Positions 25,249 to 35,813 of a DNA stretch of 62,980 nucleotides are shown piece by piece. The DNA comes from a virus. Taxonomy: Duplodnaviria; Caudoviricetes. Numbering within the stretch: position 1 is the stretch's first letter; each line of letters opens with the position of its first letter. The notes below the pieces were generated by a model. That model was given only the letters and a program-made list of their open reading frames with translations. It was not told the origin of the DNA and did not search any database. The stretch is from the IMG/VR virus record IMGVR_UViG_3300025030_000105, positions 1 to 62,980 of that record; one strand, given 5' to 3'. The position numbers and the translations under genes are program-made.

Positions 25249-26125
25249 GTTTTTCGGAGCGGTGCCTACTGAGTACGAGAGCGCCTTGCGCTTCATCGAG
25301 ATGGCTGGCAGGACTTGTTACCGGTCGGAAGACCGGATCACGCCGACGAGCGCCGAGTCGTTTGTAAAACGACTTATTAAGGCCGGGCATCTTGCGATGG
25401 TCGAGCATTCGAATTTCGTTGTTCGGTCGCCGAGCTTCGACTCGAAGCTCGGCAACATAGGGAAGTTCCTTAACTACTTCGAAGATGACCGGTATCGATA
25501 CATAGGAGGCAACCTCACTGCGTGGGCGCAGGCTGGGTTGATCAAAGGCACAGCGAACGAAGCACGGATAGATGGGTTCGCCTTAATGGTATTCCTCCGG
25601 CAATATGGCCTGCTATTCGGCCTATGTACAGACGAGTTCGCTGGAGCCTTCGATTCAGTCGCTGACCTTCCTTCGGCTTGCCGATGGCAAGTCTGCCCCC
25701 ACGACGAAATTCCGAAAGAACTGCATCGCTACTCTGCCAAGTTTATCTGCGACAGAGGAGTTTCACACGAGCTGGTCCGGCATCGTCCTTGCTCTTTCGC
25801 GCAGGAGAGTACAAGGTACGTGAACTACGCCGGCAAAGAGATGGAGTTTATTGAGCCTACTGGATTCGAGGAGTGGGACCCGGAGTGCCAAAGGATCTTT
25901 GAATACTCTTTGGAGAAGGACGCTGCTCTGTACGAAGAACTGATAGTCCGAGGACTTAAACCCCAGCAAGCCCGAGCCGTCCTGCCGAACGCCTTGAAGA
26001 CTGAGATCGTCGTTACAGCGGACGCTGCAGAGTGGGCGCACATTAGGAAGCTTCGAACTTCGCCTGCTGCGCACCCTGATATTCAGAGGGTTATGAATAT
26101 GATGCCTTGGGAGGATTTCCTGTGA
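25223..26125 (+). CDS. thyX: Flavin-dependent thymidylate synthase
   Basis: AGRTCY.S, GH....EH, RGVSHELVRHR..SFAQESTRY, ARAVLPN, AHP. Confidence 0.93.
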   Translation: MKIIKPSVEFFGAVPTEYESALRFIEMAGRTCYRSEDRITPTSAESFVKRLIKAGHLAMVEHSNFVVRSPSFDSKLGNIGKFLNYFEDDRYRYIGGNLTAWAQAGLIKGTANEARIDGFALMVFLRQYGLLFGLCTDEFAGAFDSVADLPSACRWQVCPHDEIPKELHRYSAKFICDRGVSHELVRHRPCSFAQESTRYVNYAGKEMEFIEPTGFEEWDPECQRIFEYSLEKDAALYEELIVRGLKPQQARAVLPNALKTEIVVTADAAEWAHIRKLRTSPAAHPDIQRVMNMMPWEDFL

Positions 26126-26445
26126 AACCAGACTGCCAGAACGAGAAGTGTAGGGCCCATGATGTCGAGTACGAGGGAGCATGTGATGCGCACCTGCATC
26201 GCAGATGCGACGACTACGTCGCAGAGCGACCGCGCAGAGACCGGCTTGCGGCGTGCGAAGCAGCAACAAGATACCTTGACGCAGTGAACAATGCAGGCGC
26301 CAACGCCGACAAGTTGAGAAGCATAAAGCAAGCCCTTGCCGACCACCACGCGCAGATTGCAGGGGACGATATAGGCACTGACGCTGAGACTCGGGAGATC
26401 GTGGCGAACCGAACCTTGAGAAGGTTCTTGGAGGAGAACTTATGA
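26122..26445 (+). CDS. Hypothetical protein
   Basis: GGAGG SD, GTGA overlap. Confidence 0.55.
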   Translation: MKPDCQNEKCRAHDVEYEGACDAHLHRRCDDYVAERPRRDRLAACEAATRYLDAVNNAGANADKLRSIKQALADHHAQIAGDDIGTDAETREIVANRTLRRFLEENL

Positions 26446-26615
26446 AATACGTAATAATTTACGGAGGAATCTTCGACGGAGTCCAAGGGGTAGTTGGCCC
26501 GTTCGATACTGAGGACGAAGCGGAAGAATATATGGAGTCCCACAATCTCGGTCACTTCGAGAAGTCGGTTTTTGAACTGGAGGATCTTGGATACTTCGAG
26601 GAGGAGAAGGAATGA
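26442..26615 (+). CDS. Small acidic protein (57 aa)
   Basis: GGAGGAG SD; MKYVIIYG...GPF.TE.EA; overlaps at both ends. Confidence 0.55.
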   Translation: MKYVIIYGGIFDGVQGVVGPFDTEDEAEEYMESHNLGHFEKSVFELEDLGYFEEEKE

Positions 26616-27025
26616 AATGTACTAAGTGCGGAGCAACAGAAGGACTTTCGCCGTATGGGTCGGAGTACTGGCAGTGTGACATCTGTGGCGCGCTGACACA
26701 GTCAGAAACTGATCCGAACGGAGTAGCCCCGCACGAGCCGGGAGCGAAGCTCGACGCCGGCAAGGTCAAAGCCGGCGTCCTCGGTGACTTCTCTCTGGCC
26801 CTTACGGAGGTCGCCAAGGTCGGGACCTTCGGAGCCGAGAAGTATTCGCGCAGAGGGTGGGAGGTAGTCGAAAACGCCGAAGAGCGGTACTTCGACGCTG
26901 AGTGGCGGCACCTGCTCAAGAGCAGGCATGAGGACATTGACCAGGACTCTGGGTTGCTCCACTCGGCGCATCAGTGTTGGAACACTCTGGCTCGACTGGA
27001 ACTGAGACTTAGGAGGGAGAAATGA
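26612..27025 (+). CDS. DUF5664 (dATP/dGTP diphosphohydrolase-like) protein with N-terminal Zn ribbon
   Basis: GAK.DAGK, V.TFGA.KY....W, RY..A..RHL, D.DSGL.H.AH..WN. Confidence 0.8.
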   Translation: MKCTKCGATEGLSPYGSEYWQCDICGALTQSETDPNGVAPHEPGAKLDAGKVKAGVLGDFSLALTEVAKVGTFGAEKYSRRGWEVVENAEERYFDAEWRHLLKSRHEDIDQDSGLLHSAHQCWNTLARLELRLRREK

Positions 27026-27265
27026 TCTATTGCTGTTGCGCCGAAGCGCATGAATTATGTGACGACACCTGTTGCCGATGGCGAGGGACTACCGGGCCAG
27101 ACCATGTAGCAAGGGTGCCTCAGTGGAAGAAGACTGGGGCGAAGCCTACCCTGCTAGGCAGGGTAGAACCAAACAAGGAGGAGGGCAGATGAGGGACATG
27201 ATAATCCTGGCAGTGGCGGCAATAGCTTGCTTCGCGGTACCTCTCGTCATGTGGGGGGTTGTATT

Positions 27266-30200
27266 TTACTCCCCCTGATAAACCGGCACACCAAATTGCG
27301 AAGCCACCTGTCTTTGTCTTAGACCAGTAGTTCCAACCTCGCCGAGAACCAGCCGCCTGACGGCTGGCCGTAAGTCGCTCCCGTTGATCGCAAATAACGG
27401 GAGCTTTGCATTGAAGACGGCTATCGCCGACATCGGCCCCTCAGTATCTTCGCTCTCAACGATCGCCTTGGCAGCATTGCGGATGAGTCGGCCTCTCCGT
27501 TCGGAGAGCTGAGTCCCCAGCTTATTTAAGCTGCGCTCGGCGCCCTGCGCTTTCGCTACCTCGTCAGGCTGGAAGCCGAGGCCGATCATCAAGATCTCAT
27601 CCGGGCCTATGGCCTCGTCGGAAAGGATCTTTTTCCCAGCCCCGGTCTTCAGACCGTCGGATGCAACGCGGATAGCCTTCAGCCCGTCCTTCAGCGGCTT
27701 GGGCAGGGCCTCTTCGAGTCCTCGCATGAAGTTCCCTTTGTTCACCATCTGGTCGTAGCCTTTGACCCACGACTGCGCAACGGAGAAGCTCGGGCCAATG
27801 AGGTTGCCGGCGTACCACGCAGCAAGCTGCGCTCCGTGCATGTTCTCAGGAGGTTCAGAGGAAACGCCGTACAGGTCGCCCATGCCGATACGCTTCGAGG
27901 CGTTTACGCCGACTGCGGTAGGAAGTCCATAGGAAATGATTCCTCCGAAGAGATCCCCCGCCTGCTCGTTGACCCACTTATCGAACTCCATCTCCGCGTC
28001 GTAAGGTTCGTCGTCATCGCCGCCAAAGAGGTTGGCAAGGCCGAAGACAATGCCTCCGATGATCGTACCATGTACGCCGGCCAGGGCGGCAGACATCGTG
28101 GTTACTCCGAGGAACTCCTTGAAGGCTTCCTTCTTTGTCTTCGCGTCTTCCCCTTTCAGAGATTGCATCAGCAAGATACCCATCCTGAGAGCAGTCTTTA
28201 TTCTGTACGTCTGGAACGTTGTCAGAGTCCTGACGGTATCGCCTTGCATGAACCAGCCCTTGTCGGACTTGGCGTAGTTGTAGAGCGTTCCGCCGACGAT
28301 CTCCGAGGAGTCCTCCAAAGCGGAGAAGAAATCCTTCTTCGCGTCCGTCGCCAGTTTGTAACTGGCAAGCACTGTCGCTTTACGACTCCCTAATTCTCCG
28401 TGCTGCATGGGCAGCATCGCGTAGCGCAGGATCTTACCTACGGCGGTAGTCTGTTTCCCTTGAGCGATATCGCTCGCCTCGTGGACGGCGGAGATATCAA
28501 GGTCGCCCTTGGCGAGAGACTCCCGGAGGGCAAGGAGTTCTCGCTTGTAGTCACCGGCTTTGCCTGTGCCTAGCCCCTTAATCTTCTGCAGCTTCTCAGC
28601 TGGCGAGAAGAAGTCCTCTCCGAGTTGCCGGTCGCCGACCCTGTTCTTTTCAGTAACCTTCAGGTGCAGGTCTGCGTATACTCGGTTTACATCAGCGTCG
28701 CCGTACATGGCCTCTTTACTATACTTCTTGTTGAAGGCTTTCCGAAGGCCCTCTGAGAGGGCGGCGGTCGCCTTCGGCAACGACGCGAACTTCCTTGCGA
28801 GTGCAGGGAGGGTGAGCACCGGCAACTGGGTCAACTGGACCAGGAAAGTCGATGGGGAGGTCATGTAGTAGGCCGTGCTGAACTTGCCGAGAGTCGAGGC
28901 AATCGGACTGACTCGCTCATTCTTCACGGCTTGGAACCACCTGCGTGCGTCGTTGACGAGGTGGGTTCTCATGTCCATGTTAATGGGGCCTTCTCTATCG
29001 GCGATTTTGTCTTTGTTCTCCTGTTCAAACCCTTGAATGTCTTCCTCAATCTTCCTGCCGTACTCCATCCACGCGATAGAGCCAGCGTGCCTCAGGACGT
29101 AGTCCATAGAGCTGCGGAGCATGTCGGTGCTGGCTCCGAGAACGTTCTTCCTATGAATGGAGTTTTTCAATGCGGAGGTCTCCGGCATCCACCGGAGGAT
29201 GACCTGGTTCAGGTCGGAGAAAGCGTCGGCTGCTCGGGCTTGCGCTTCGTTCACCGCGCCCGCATCTTCCAGATCAACGCCGGTCAGGTACTTTGCCTCA
29301 AGGGCCTTGCCGAGCTGCTCTCGCAGAGCCTGCGGGATAACGGCTTCGCCCTTCTGTGTCTCTCTCTTCACGTCCTCGACGAAGGTGTCGGGGTCCACTC
29401 CCTGGGCTTCCATCTGCTTTCTGAAGACGCGGCGTTCTCCAGGGGAGGTAAAGAACTCAGTCTGCTCCCGACCATCTTGTGTCGTGAACTTCAGGATATA
29501 CTCGCCATACCGCGACAGCGGTACATAGATGCCTCTCAGCTTGCCGAACGTAGCGTTGAACCGGGTCAGCAGTTGTTCGCGGAGCGTTGGGTTGCCTTCG
29601 GACGAAGCCTCAATTACTGCGAGGAGATTATTTCTCTCCCGCTCCCGGATGGACGCCAGATAGTCGACAATCTTTTTCGCCTGCTCCTGCTCAACCGGTT
29701 TTAACCGGTCCCACGCTGCGCGGGTCTCCGCGTATGCTTCGGCGAAGGTCTTGCCGGTCGACTTCTTCATTCCTTCATCTTTCCAAGCCTTCTCGGTATT
29801 GCTCCGCTGGAGCCCTGCCGGCCCCGACTTATCAAACCAGTCTTGCTCAGTCTCGTCGAGCCAGGGGGTCATCTGATTGAAGGTCCCAGTGAGGAGGAGA
29901 TTGTTGAACGCTTCCAGCCCAGAGTTTTTCTTCGCGACAGCTTCCGCATCTTGGTAGATGGCGTAGAAATCATCTGGAAGCTGCGCTTTGATGGCCTCCA
30001 TTTTCTTGTTGTGGGTGTCGATGTCTTTCAGCCAGTGGATCTTCTTGCCGAGAGTTTGGGCGAGGTGTGACCTAGGAGTTACTGCCAGCCACTGCTTGGC
30101 GTACTTGACGTAGATATCACGGAGCCTACTCTTCGGATCCTGCACTGCGTCGAGGATTTGGTCGATCTTCGCCTGCCCTTCTTTCATTTTGTTGGAGACT

Positions 30201-33200
30201 ACGGAGAACAGTTGCTCGGGCTGATCCAGCCTTGCAAGTATCTTGCTCAGGTCTCCAGTAGGAGCCTGATCCTCAGTCCTGCGAGACCAAGCCTTCGTAC
30301 CTTGTGCGAACAACGCAACGAGGTCAGATTCAGAGAGCCTGCCGTGGGCGATGCCGAGTCGGTAGAGAGCGGCCTTGACGGCTGAGATTATTCGCTTGAA
30401 GATGGAGTGTTTCCTATTCGCAGGGTCTTGGAGGAAATACATTAATCCTTCTTCCCCTCGGAACCCTTTCGCCGTATCGGCAGGCACCTTAGCAAACGCG
30501 GCCTTGATCGCGGGATTATTCTTGGCGAGAATGGCGAAGTCCTTCAGAATCGCAGATCGCTTGGCGCGGAAGACTTTGTCTTCGTTGAGTAGGGCATGGC
30601 CGGCTTCGTGCCGCATTACATCGACTGCGTCGCCGGGCTTGAGGTTGTCGGAGAAAAGAAAAACTTTTTTCTGGCTGGGGAAGTAAGAGCCGGCTATTTC
30701 CCCGTTCTTGGAAAAGATAGCAGTGATTTGAATATCTTCGTCATTGAAAATGACGTAGTTGTATGTTCCCCCACCCTGTGCATCACTCACTGCCTTGAGG
30801 AGTGCAGGCGACGGGTCATACCCAGAAAGTTTGCCGCTCAGAGCCGCACTGATCGCTTGGGCTGGGTAATCATAGCCGAGCCAGTCGTCAGCTACTAGAG
30901 CTTTAAGGATTGCTTCGTTCTTCGGTGAAAATGTGCCGGTGCCGATAAGCTCTTCGACTTCAACGAGATCAGCGTCTTCTGGGAGTTCTTTCAGGAACTC
31001 CGTTTTGATATCTTTTAGCGGACGATTCCTGCTCGTGCCGTCTAGGTATTTTATACCGCGGATGCCTGCAGCGTGCAAGAAACTGCTTGCTTCAGCATCC
31101 GTCCCGAGTATCTTGGATAGGTCCCTATAGAAATACGACCCGTTGAAATTGCTTTTGTTTTTGTCAAGGAAATCGGCAAACTCAACCATCTTGGAATAGG
31201 TGGGGTTCGCATCAGAGTACCGTCTGTTCGCTTCCAGCTTGAAACGATTTACGATGTTATTCTTCTGGTCGCTCAGCGGTTTATCCCATAGTAAATACTC
31301 GTCCTCGGCAGGGGCTAGTTCTACTTGGTAGAGTTTGCCTTTACTATAAACTTTCTGTGCTGCCGCTCGCACCTTATTGTACAACTCTCGTCCAACTGTC
31401 TCGATGTAAAACCCGTCGTGTCCTGCTAGAGTCTTAGCAAGTAACCCTTGAAGCGCAAACGATTTATCCTCTCCCCACCCGCCTTCCGCCGTCATCTTGT
31501 CCCACACCTCGGCAGTAAGTCCTGGTTCTTTTGCTTCGAATAAAGATGCGTCGATATACTTAGGGCTGGCAGACAACTTGTCTTTGTACCACCCAGCAAC
31601 CTCTCTCGACCCGGCAAAATATAAACCATACCCGTAAGCCTGCGCGCCTTCGCCGGTGCCGATCTTCGACGAAGAGAATTTATCGACATCATGCGGAGTC
31701 CCATGCCATGCTACCATCTTCAGGAACGCTTTTTGCATCTGCCGAGGCAGTTCGTTCGCGTTCCGCACAACTTCGAGTTTCCCTCGTTTCACAAGGTTGT
31801 CATAGCCCTTGCCGAGGAAAGATTTCAGATCCTTCTGCACCTGGGCAACGAAGGTGCTGCCGCCTGCACTTCGCGCTTGCGCCTGCAGATGCCCTGAGAC
31901 CTCAGTACTCGCCAACTGCGCTGCGATAGACAACGCCTCACTGAACGCTGTAGTGTGCTCCGCATCGATACCGAGGACCTGCATGACTTTCTCGACGAGG
32001 GCGTCCCACGCACTGCGGAGTTTCCCACCGGTCTTAATTTGTGTGCTTTTAAGTACCCCTTGGAATTGGGCCGAGGAGAACGCCTGGGCCAGGAACTCCT
32101 GCTCGTTGAGGAGCCCGTAGCCGATCTGCTCCATGCCAGACAACTCTCCGGCGAGGAACTTGTTCTTGAAGGTCTTGCTGCCGCCGGCGATCTCAATGTT
32201 CGAGATCGTGTCCTTTGAGATAAGCCCTAGCTTGGTGACTTGAGTCTTTACCTGGGCCATGACCTCTTTCACCCGCTTCTGCATATCAGGCCTGATTTTT
32301 AGTTCCCTCACAGTCACGGAGTGGACCAGCTCGTGGAGAGAGGTTGGTGCGTTCTTCAGGTCCTTGACCGTGATCTCATTCTTGCCAGGGAGGTAGCCCG
32401 CAGTTTTCGCCACCGGGTCAACCTTGACCGCTGACTCAAGTTTCGAGCCTGGGGTGAACGACTTAAGGAAGCCCCCGAGCTTCTTGACGTTTTCGTCCGG
32501 AGATTGTTCGAGCGTAGCAAACAGGTCGCCTGTGGTGATTGTCTGCTTTGTCGCCGTCTCGGAGAGTGTATCGAGAGCTTCGAAAGAAGCTCCGGTAGGA
32601 GCTACTGCTCCCCTGTCGTCAGATAATTGAACACCCTCTTGCACAGGAGCAGCCATACTCCCTGCGGGGACTTTAGGTACTGGTGCAGGGGCTTGATCCC
32701 CAGTGAGGGCTCCACCAGGAGGTAGTACTTCGTCCGGGACTGAGAACTCATCGTTTACTCCTTGCGCAACTTCCGCGCTTTGTCCCGCAGTGCCTGCAGG
32801 TGCTCCGAGATTTCCCGTTGACGGGCCAAGAACTCCCTCTCCTGTTTGGAGAGTATCTGCACCGGCCATCTGAGCCGGATCTTGTTGAAGATCAGCATCT
32901 TCCCTCCTTAGGTCCTCCTGGACCTGCAATCGATCAAAAGCTACGCGTCGCTTGCGGACATCGGCTTCGTCCTGCACTGCTTGCGCAGAGTCTGCCAGAT
33001 CGTAAAGAATGTCGTTCGTTTCAGAGCCTGTTTCTTCGGTTGCCCTTCTGGCCTTGAGTTCACCCTCAGCAACTTGGTTCCTGAACGACGTAGCCTTGTT
33101 CTCGGTAAACCAATTCAATTTCTCCGCAGGCGTCATCCCGGCGGTCTCCGCCTGAACGTCCTGAATTGTTTTCCCTGCAGGCGGCAGATAACTCCACACC

Positions 33201-34570
33201 TCCTCGCCGATAGCGAGGTTCGTCGACGTAGGGGCCGACGGCCTCATCGGCAATTCTTCAACTACCGGCTTCGCCTCTTTCTCAGCGAGGACTTCTTCGA
33301 GGTTGCCTGCCGCTACTGCGGCGGCTGCATCGCTTACAGCGATGTCTACCGTGCGGTCTCCGACCGTGACGGTCGCTACGCCGTCTTCGACTTTGTCGAT
33401 CTTCACCTCTTCAGGTGTAACTTGGTTCAGCGTTTCCGCTTGAACTGTGTTCGTCACCGGGTCGGCCTGTTCCTCCCGAATGACGTTCGCAACTCTTCGG
33501 ATAGGGAGACCTGCGGCGATGTCTTCTTTCGCCCCAACCAGCCACTGATCAGCATCCGGTACCTTATTTGCTACAGCCTGCTTGTGGAGTTCATCTACGA
33601 CGGCTTGTCGTTGCTCCGGCGTTGCCGACGTAGGATCTTCGATTATGGTGTTTACGGCTTTTGCGCTTCTCGCATTGCTGTAGTTCACATGAAGTCCGAA
33701 TGGAGCAAGGAACGCAGTCATGCCGAGGGTAGGACCGACGACGGCTTTCATTTGTTCAAGCGGAGAGACATCAACGCCCGCTTCTCGTTCTACGCTTGCC
33801 TGCAGCCCAGCCTGGCCGATCTCGGTTCCTACTTCGCCGATGGCGGTATTCACAAGCCCCTTGGCGAACGGCTTCCAGACTGCAGTATCCGTCGCCGCCT
33901 TAATCGTACCGGCTACGGTCGGCGCTGCGGCTTTGCCGAGAGCTTTCCCTGCTATGCCTACGAACTTGCCTCCAACGAAAGTGCCTGCAGCTTCGCCTGC
34001 ACCCTCAATAAATAGGTTCTTCCAGCCTGCGGCTCTGGCTACTTCGTCCGAAGCACCTGCGCCCTTGACAGACTCTAAGGTTTGTTGACCTTGCTGCATA
34101 GCGGCGGGGACAGAGCCGAGAACCGACGAGATACCAAGCCCTACAGCCCCACCTACGGCGAGTTCCGGAGCGGCGGCACCGAGAGCGGCGAGACCCCCGC
34201 CTACGATGAGCGGGGCGGCTATGGATGGGGCGAGCATCTGCCCACCTTCGGCGAGAGCGTTAACTACCGCACCGTGTTCGCCAGGGCGAAGTTTGTTCTC
34301 TGGTAGCTCCTGTCTAGTCTTGGCGGCGTCGGCGATGGACTTCCCTGCGTCGTATACGCCCTGTCTGAAACCTCCACCAGTAGGCTCTCCGAGCCACTGC
34401 ATGGCCTGACCGGCTTGAAGAGGGATCCCCTCAGTTACGCCGGTACGGAGCCCGGTGCCGATCTCTCCGAGTGCGGTGCGAGGTTTCTGCCGGATGCCTC
34501 CGGTTGGGGCCAATAAAGCATCAAATGTGCTGCCCCCAGAAGAGGCAAGAAGGTCGTCGAACTCAGCCAT
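27266..34570 (-). CDS. Giant polyvalent internal virion (ejection) protein
   Basis: 2434 aa; two HExxH zincin motifs (HELVH, HEAGH), ART-like WHGT..F....GTGEG.QAYG.GLYF domain, YVPLSRYG (PLxRFG-like), hydrophobic N- and C-terminal segments. Confidence 0.82.
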   Translation of the reverse strand: MAEFDDLLASSGGSTFDALLAPTGGIRQKPRTALGEIGTGLRTGVTEGIPLQAGQAMQWLGEPTGGGFRQGVYDAGKSIADAAKTRQELPENKLRPGEHGAVVNALAEGGQMLAPSIAAPLIVGGGLAALGAAAPELAVGGAVGLGISSVLGSVPAAMQQGQQTLESVKGAGASDEVARAAGWKNLFIEGAGEAAGTFVGGKFVGIAGKALGKAAAPTVAGTIKAATDTAVWKPFAKGLVNTAIGEVGTEIGQAGLQASVEREAGVDVSPLEQMKAVVGPTLGMTAFLAPFGLHVNYSNARSAKAVNTIIEDPTSATPEQRQAVVDELHKQAVANKVPDADQWLVGAKEDIAAGLPIRRVANVIREEQADPVTNTVQAETLNQVTPEEVKIDKVEDGVATVTVGDRTVDIAVSDAAAAVAAGNLEEVLAEKEAKPVVEELPMRPSAPTSTNLAIGEEVWSYLPPAGKTIQDVQAETAGMTPAEKLNWFTENKATSFRNQVAEGELKARRATEETGSETNDILYDLADSAQAVQDEADVRKRRVAFDRLQVQEDLRREDADLQQDPAQMAGADTLQTGEGVLGPSTGNLGAPAGTAGQSAEVAQGVNDEFSVPDEVLPPGGALTGDQAPAPVPKVPAGSMAAPVQEGVQLSDDRGAVAPTGASFEALDTLSETATKQTITTGDLFATLEQSPDENVKKLGGFLKSFTPGSKLESAVKVDPVAKTAGYLPGKNEITVKDLKNAPTSLHELVHSVTVRELKIRPDMQKRVKEVMAQVKTQVTKLGLISKDTISNIEIAGGSKTFKNKFLAGELSGMEQIGYGLLNEQEFLAQAFSSAQFQGVLKSTQIKTGGKLRSAWDALVEKVMQVLGIDAEHTTAFSEALSIAAQLASTEVSGHLQAQARSAGGSTFVAQVQKDLKSFLGKGYDNLVKRGKLEVVRNANELPRQMQKAFLKMVAWHGTPHDVDKFSSSKIGTGEGAQAYGYGLYFAGSREVAGWYKDKLSASPKYIDASLFEAKEPGLTAEVWDKMTAEGGWGEDKSFALQGLLAKTLAGHDGFYIETVGRELYNKVRAAAQKVYSKGKLYQVELAPAEDEYLLWDKPLSDQKNNIVNRFKLEANRRYSDANPTYSKMVEFADFLDKNKSNFNGSYFYRDLSKILGTDAEASSFLHAAGIRGIKYLDGTSRNRPLKDIKTEFLKELPEDADLVEVEELIGTGTFSPKNEAILKALVADDWLGYDYPAQAISAALSGKLSGYDPSPALLKAVSDAQGGGTYNYVIFNDEDIQITAIFSKNGEIAGSYFPSQKKVFLFSDNLKPGDAVDVMRHEAGHALLNEDKVFRAKRSAILKDFAILAKNNPAIKAAFAKVPADTAKGFRGEEGLMYFLQDPANRKHSIFKRIISAVKAALYRLGIAHGRLSESDLVALFAQGTKAWSRRTEDQAPTGDLSKILARLDQPEQLFSVVSNKMKEGQAKIDQILDAVQDPKSRLRDIYVKYAKQWLAVTPRSHLAQTLGKKIHWLKDIDTHNKKMEAIKAQLPDDFYAIYQDAEAVAKKNSGLEAFNNLLLTGTFNQMTPWLDETEQDWFDKSGPAGLQRSNTEKAWKDEGMKKSTGKTFAEAYAETRAAWDRLKPVEQEQAKKIVDYLASIRERERNNLLAVIEASSEGNPTLREQLLTRFNATFGKLRGIYVPLSRYGEYILKFTTQDGREQTEFFTSPGERRVFRKQMEAQGVDPDTFVEDVKRETQKGEAVIPQALREQLGKALEAKYLTGVDLEDAGAVNEAQARAADAFSDLNQVILRWMPETSALKNSIHRKNVLGASTDMLRSSMDYVLRHAGSIAWMEYGRKIEEDIQGFEQENKDKIADREGPINMDMRTHLVNDARRWFQAVKNERVSPIASTLGKFSTAYYMTSPSTFLVQLTQLPVLTLPALARKFASLPKATAALSEGLRKAFNKKYSKEAMYGDADVNRVYADLHLKVTEKNRVGDRQLGEDFFSPAEKLQKIKGLGTGKAGDYKRELLALRESLAKGDLDISAVHEASDIAQGKQTTAVGKILRYAMLPMQHGELGSRKATVLASYKLATDAKKDFFSALEDSSEIVGGTLYNYAKSDKGWFMQGDTVRTLTTFQTYRIKTALRMGILLMQSLKGEDAKTKKEAFKEFLGVTTMSAALAGVHGTIIGGIVFGLANLFGGDDDEPYDAEMEFDKWVNEQAGDLFGGIISYGLPTAVGVNASKRIGMGDLYGVSSEPPENMHGAQLAAWYAGNLIGPSFSVAQSWVKGYDQMVNKGNFMRGLEEALPKPLKDGLKAIRVASDGLKTGAGKKILSDEAIGPDEILMIGLGFQPDEVAKAQGAERSLNKLGTQLSERRGRLIRNAAKAIVESEDTEGPMSAIAVFNAKLPLFAINGSDLRPAVRRLVLGEVGTTGLRQRQVASQFGVPVYQGE

Positions 34571-35802
34571 TACTTCAGTTCTCCGTTTTTGACCTTAGTG
34601 AATATGCTTGTTTGTTCTTCTTGCGTCTGCCCCTTCTTCATATGCTTGGCAGCTATACTCTTCTGCTCTGGGGTCAAGGACGCCGCTACTGCGGCGAAGG
34701 AGCCTTGCGCCCCTTGTTGAGTCTTCACCTGAAGGTTGCCCTCTCGGTCAACGTAGCTGACATACGGCGTCTTGGTCATCCCACCCTGTCCAATGGACTC
34801 AATCTCGCCGAAATGGGGCTTGGGCGGTTCAGGGTCGCCGGCTACTGCGGCTTTCGCCGAAAGAAGACTGGCGTTCGCCAATGCCTCTTTGCTCTGCGCC
34901 GACCTGAATCCCTGTTGGGATTTGTTCTCCCCAGGCATCTCCGCCGCAGACGTACCGGCAAGCAACGCTTGTGCCTGCTGAAGAGGAACACCGCCAGTCA
35001 CTGTAGAATACAGTGTGTTCTCCGCGCCGAACTTGTCGACTGCGGCCTTGTTGTACTCAGCTATGCCGGCGTTGGCCGCTGTCATCTCCGCTGCTCCGGA
35101 AGAGTATATTGGGTTGTCCCCTCGATATCCGGTAATCGTTGCGAAGGCTTTCGGGTTGTCGAACGGGGTCTTCAACTGAGGTGCGTAGCCGGGCTGGACT
35201 GTTGTCTTCGGCGCGATGCCTCCTCCGAACGAGGTTGCTGCGTTCCCATTTATCATTTCACGCCGAGCGCCCCCGGCTCCAGGCGACAGGTTATCGGTAA
35301 GCCACTTCATCCCTTGCGCGTTGACTGCCTTGGTGTCCGGTCTTCCCTCTGATCGCGCCTGCGCATCGGCGAGGGCAATTTGCAGATGGACATCGTCAAG
35401 CTTATTCTGTGTCACCATTTTGGTGCCATCCTTCAGGGTGACAAAGTCAGGCTCGGGCGGGACGTAGGTCCGGGGAGTCTCGGTTCCGACAGGAGTCGCC
35501 TGGGCTACAGGTGCTGCGCCTCGCAGAAGCCCTGATACGCCCCCGGCTAGGTCATATATTTCCCGCACAGGGGAAGTATTGCGCACCGTTTCGTTCATTC
35601 CTGACACCCAGCGGCCAACGCCTCTGGGGATGCCGGCTCCTACCTCTTCCGCACTCGGCAACTGCACAGTCGGCGGTTGCGAGACCAGAGTCTCGCTCGG
35701 CTTGGGGATTATCCCTGTTTCGTTTATCAGTGCCCTGCCCGGCCCAACGTAGGGGTACTTGATTCCCAACTCGTCCGGTTTCACCTTCGCTAAATCTGCC
35801 AT
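34570..35802 (-). CDS. Putative internal virion protein
   Basis: Low-complexity Ala/Gly/Pro protein directly upstream of the giant protein; GGAGG SD. Confidence 0.6.
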   Translation of the reverse strand: MADLAKVKPDELGIKYPYVGPGRALINETGIIPKPSETLVSQPPTVQLPSAEEVGAGIPRGVGRWVSGMNETVRNTSPVREIYDLAGGVSGLLRGAAPVAQATPVGTETPRTYVPPEPDFVTLKDGTKMVTQNKLDDVHLQIALADAQARSEGRPDTKAVNAQGMKWLTDNLSPGAGGARREMINGNAATSFGGGIAPKTTVQPGYAPQLKTPFDNPKAFATITGYRGDNPIYSSGAAEMTAANAGIAEYNKAAVDKFGAENTLYSTVTGGVPLQQAQALLAGTSAAEMPGENKSQQGFRSAQSKEALANASLLSAKAAVAGDPEPPKPHFGEIESIGQGGMTKTPYVSYVDREGNLQVKTQQGAQGSFAAVAASLTPEQKSIAAKHMKKGQTQEEQTSIFTKVKNGELK

Positions 35803-35813
35803 ATCTGAACCTC

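Noticed and set aside
26612-27025. Z-base (2-aminoadenine) genome
   Set aside because: DUF5664-like gene present but no PurZ homologue seen
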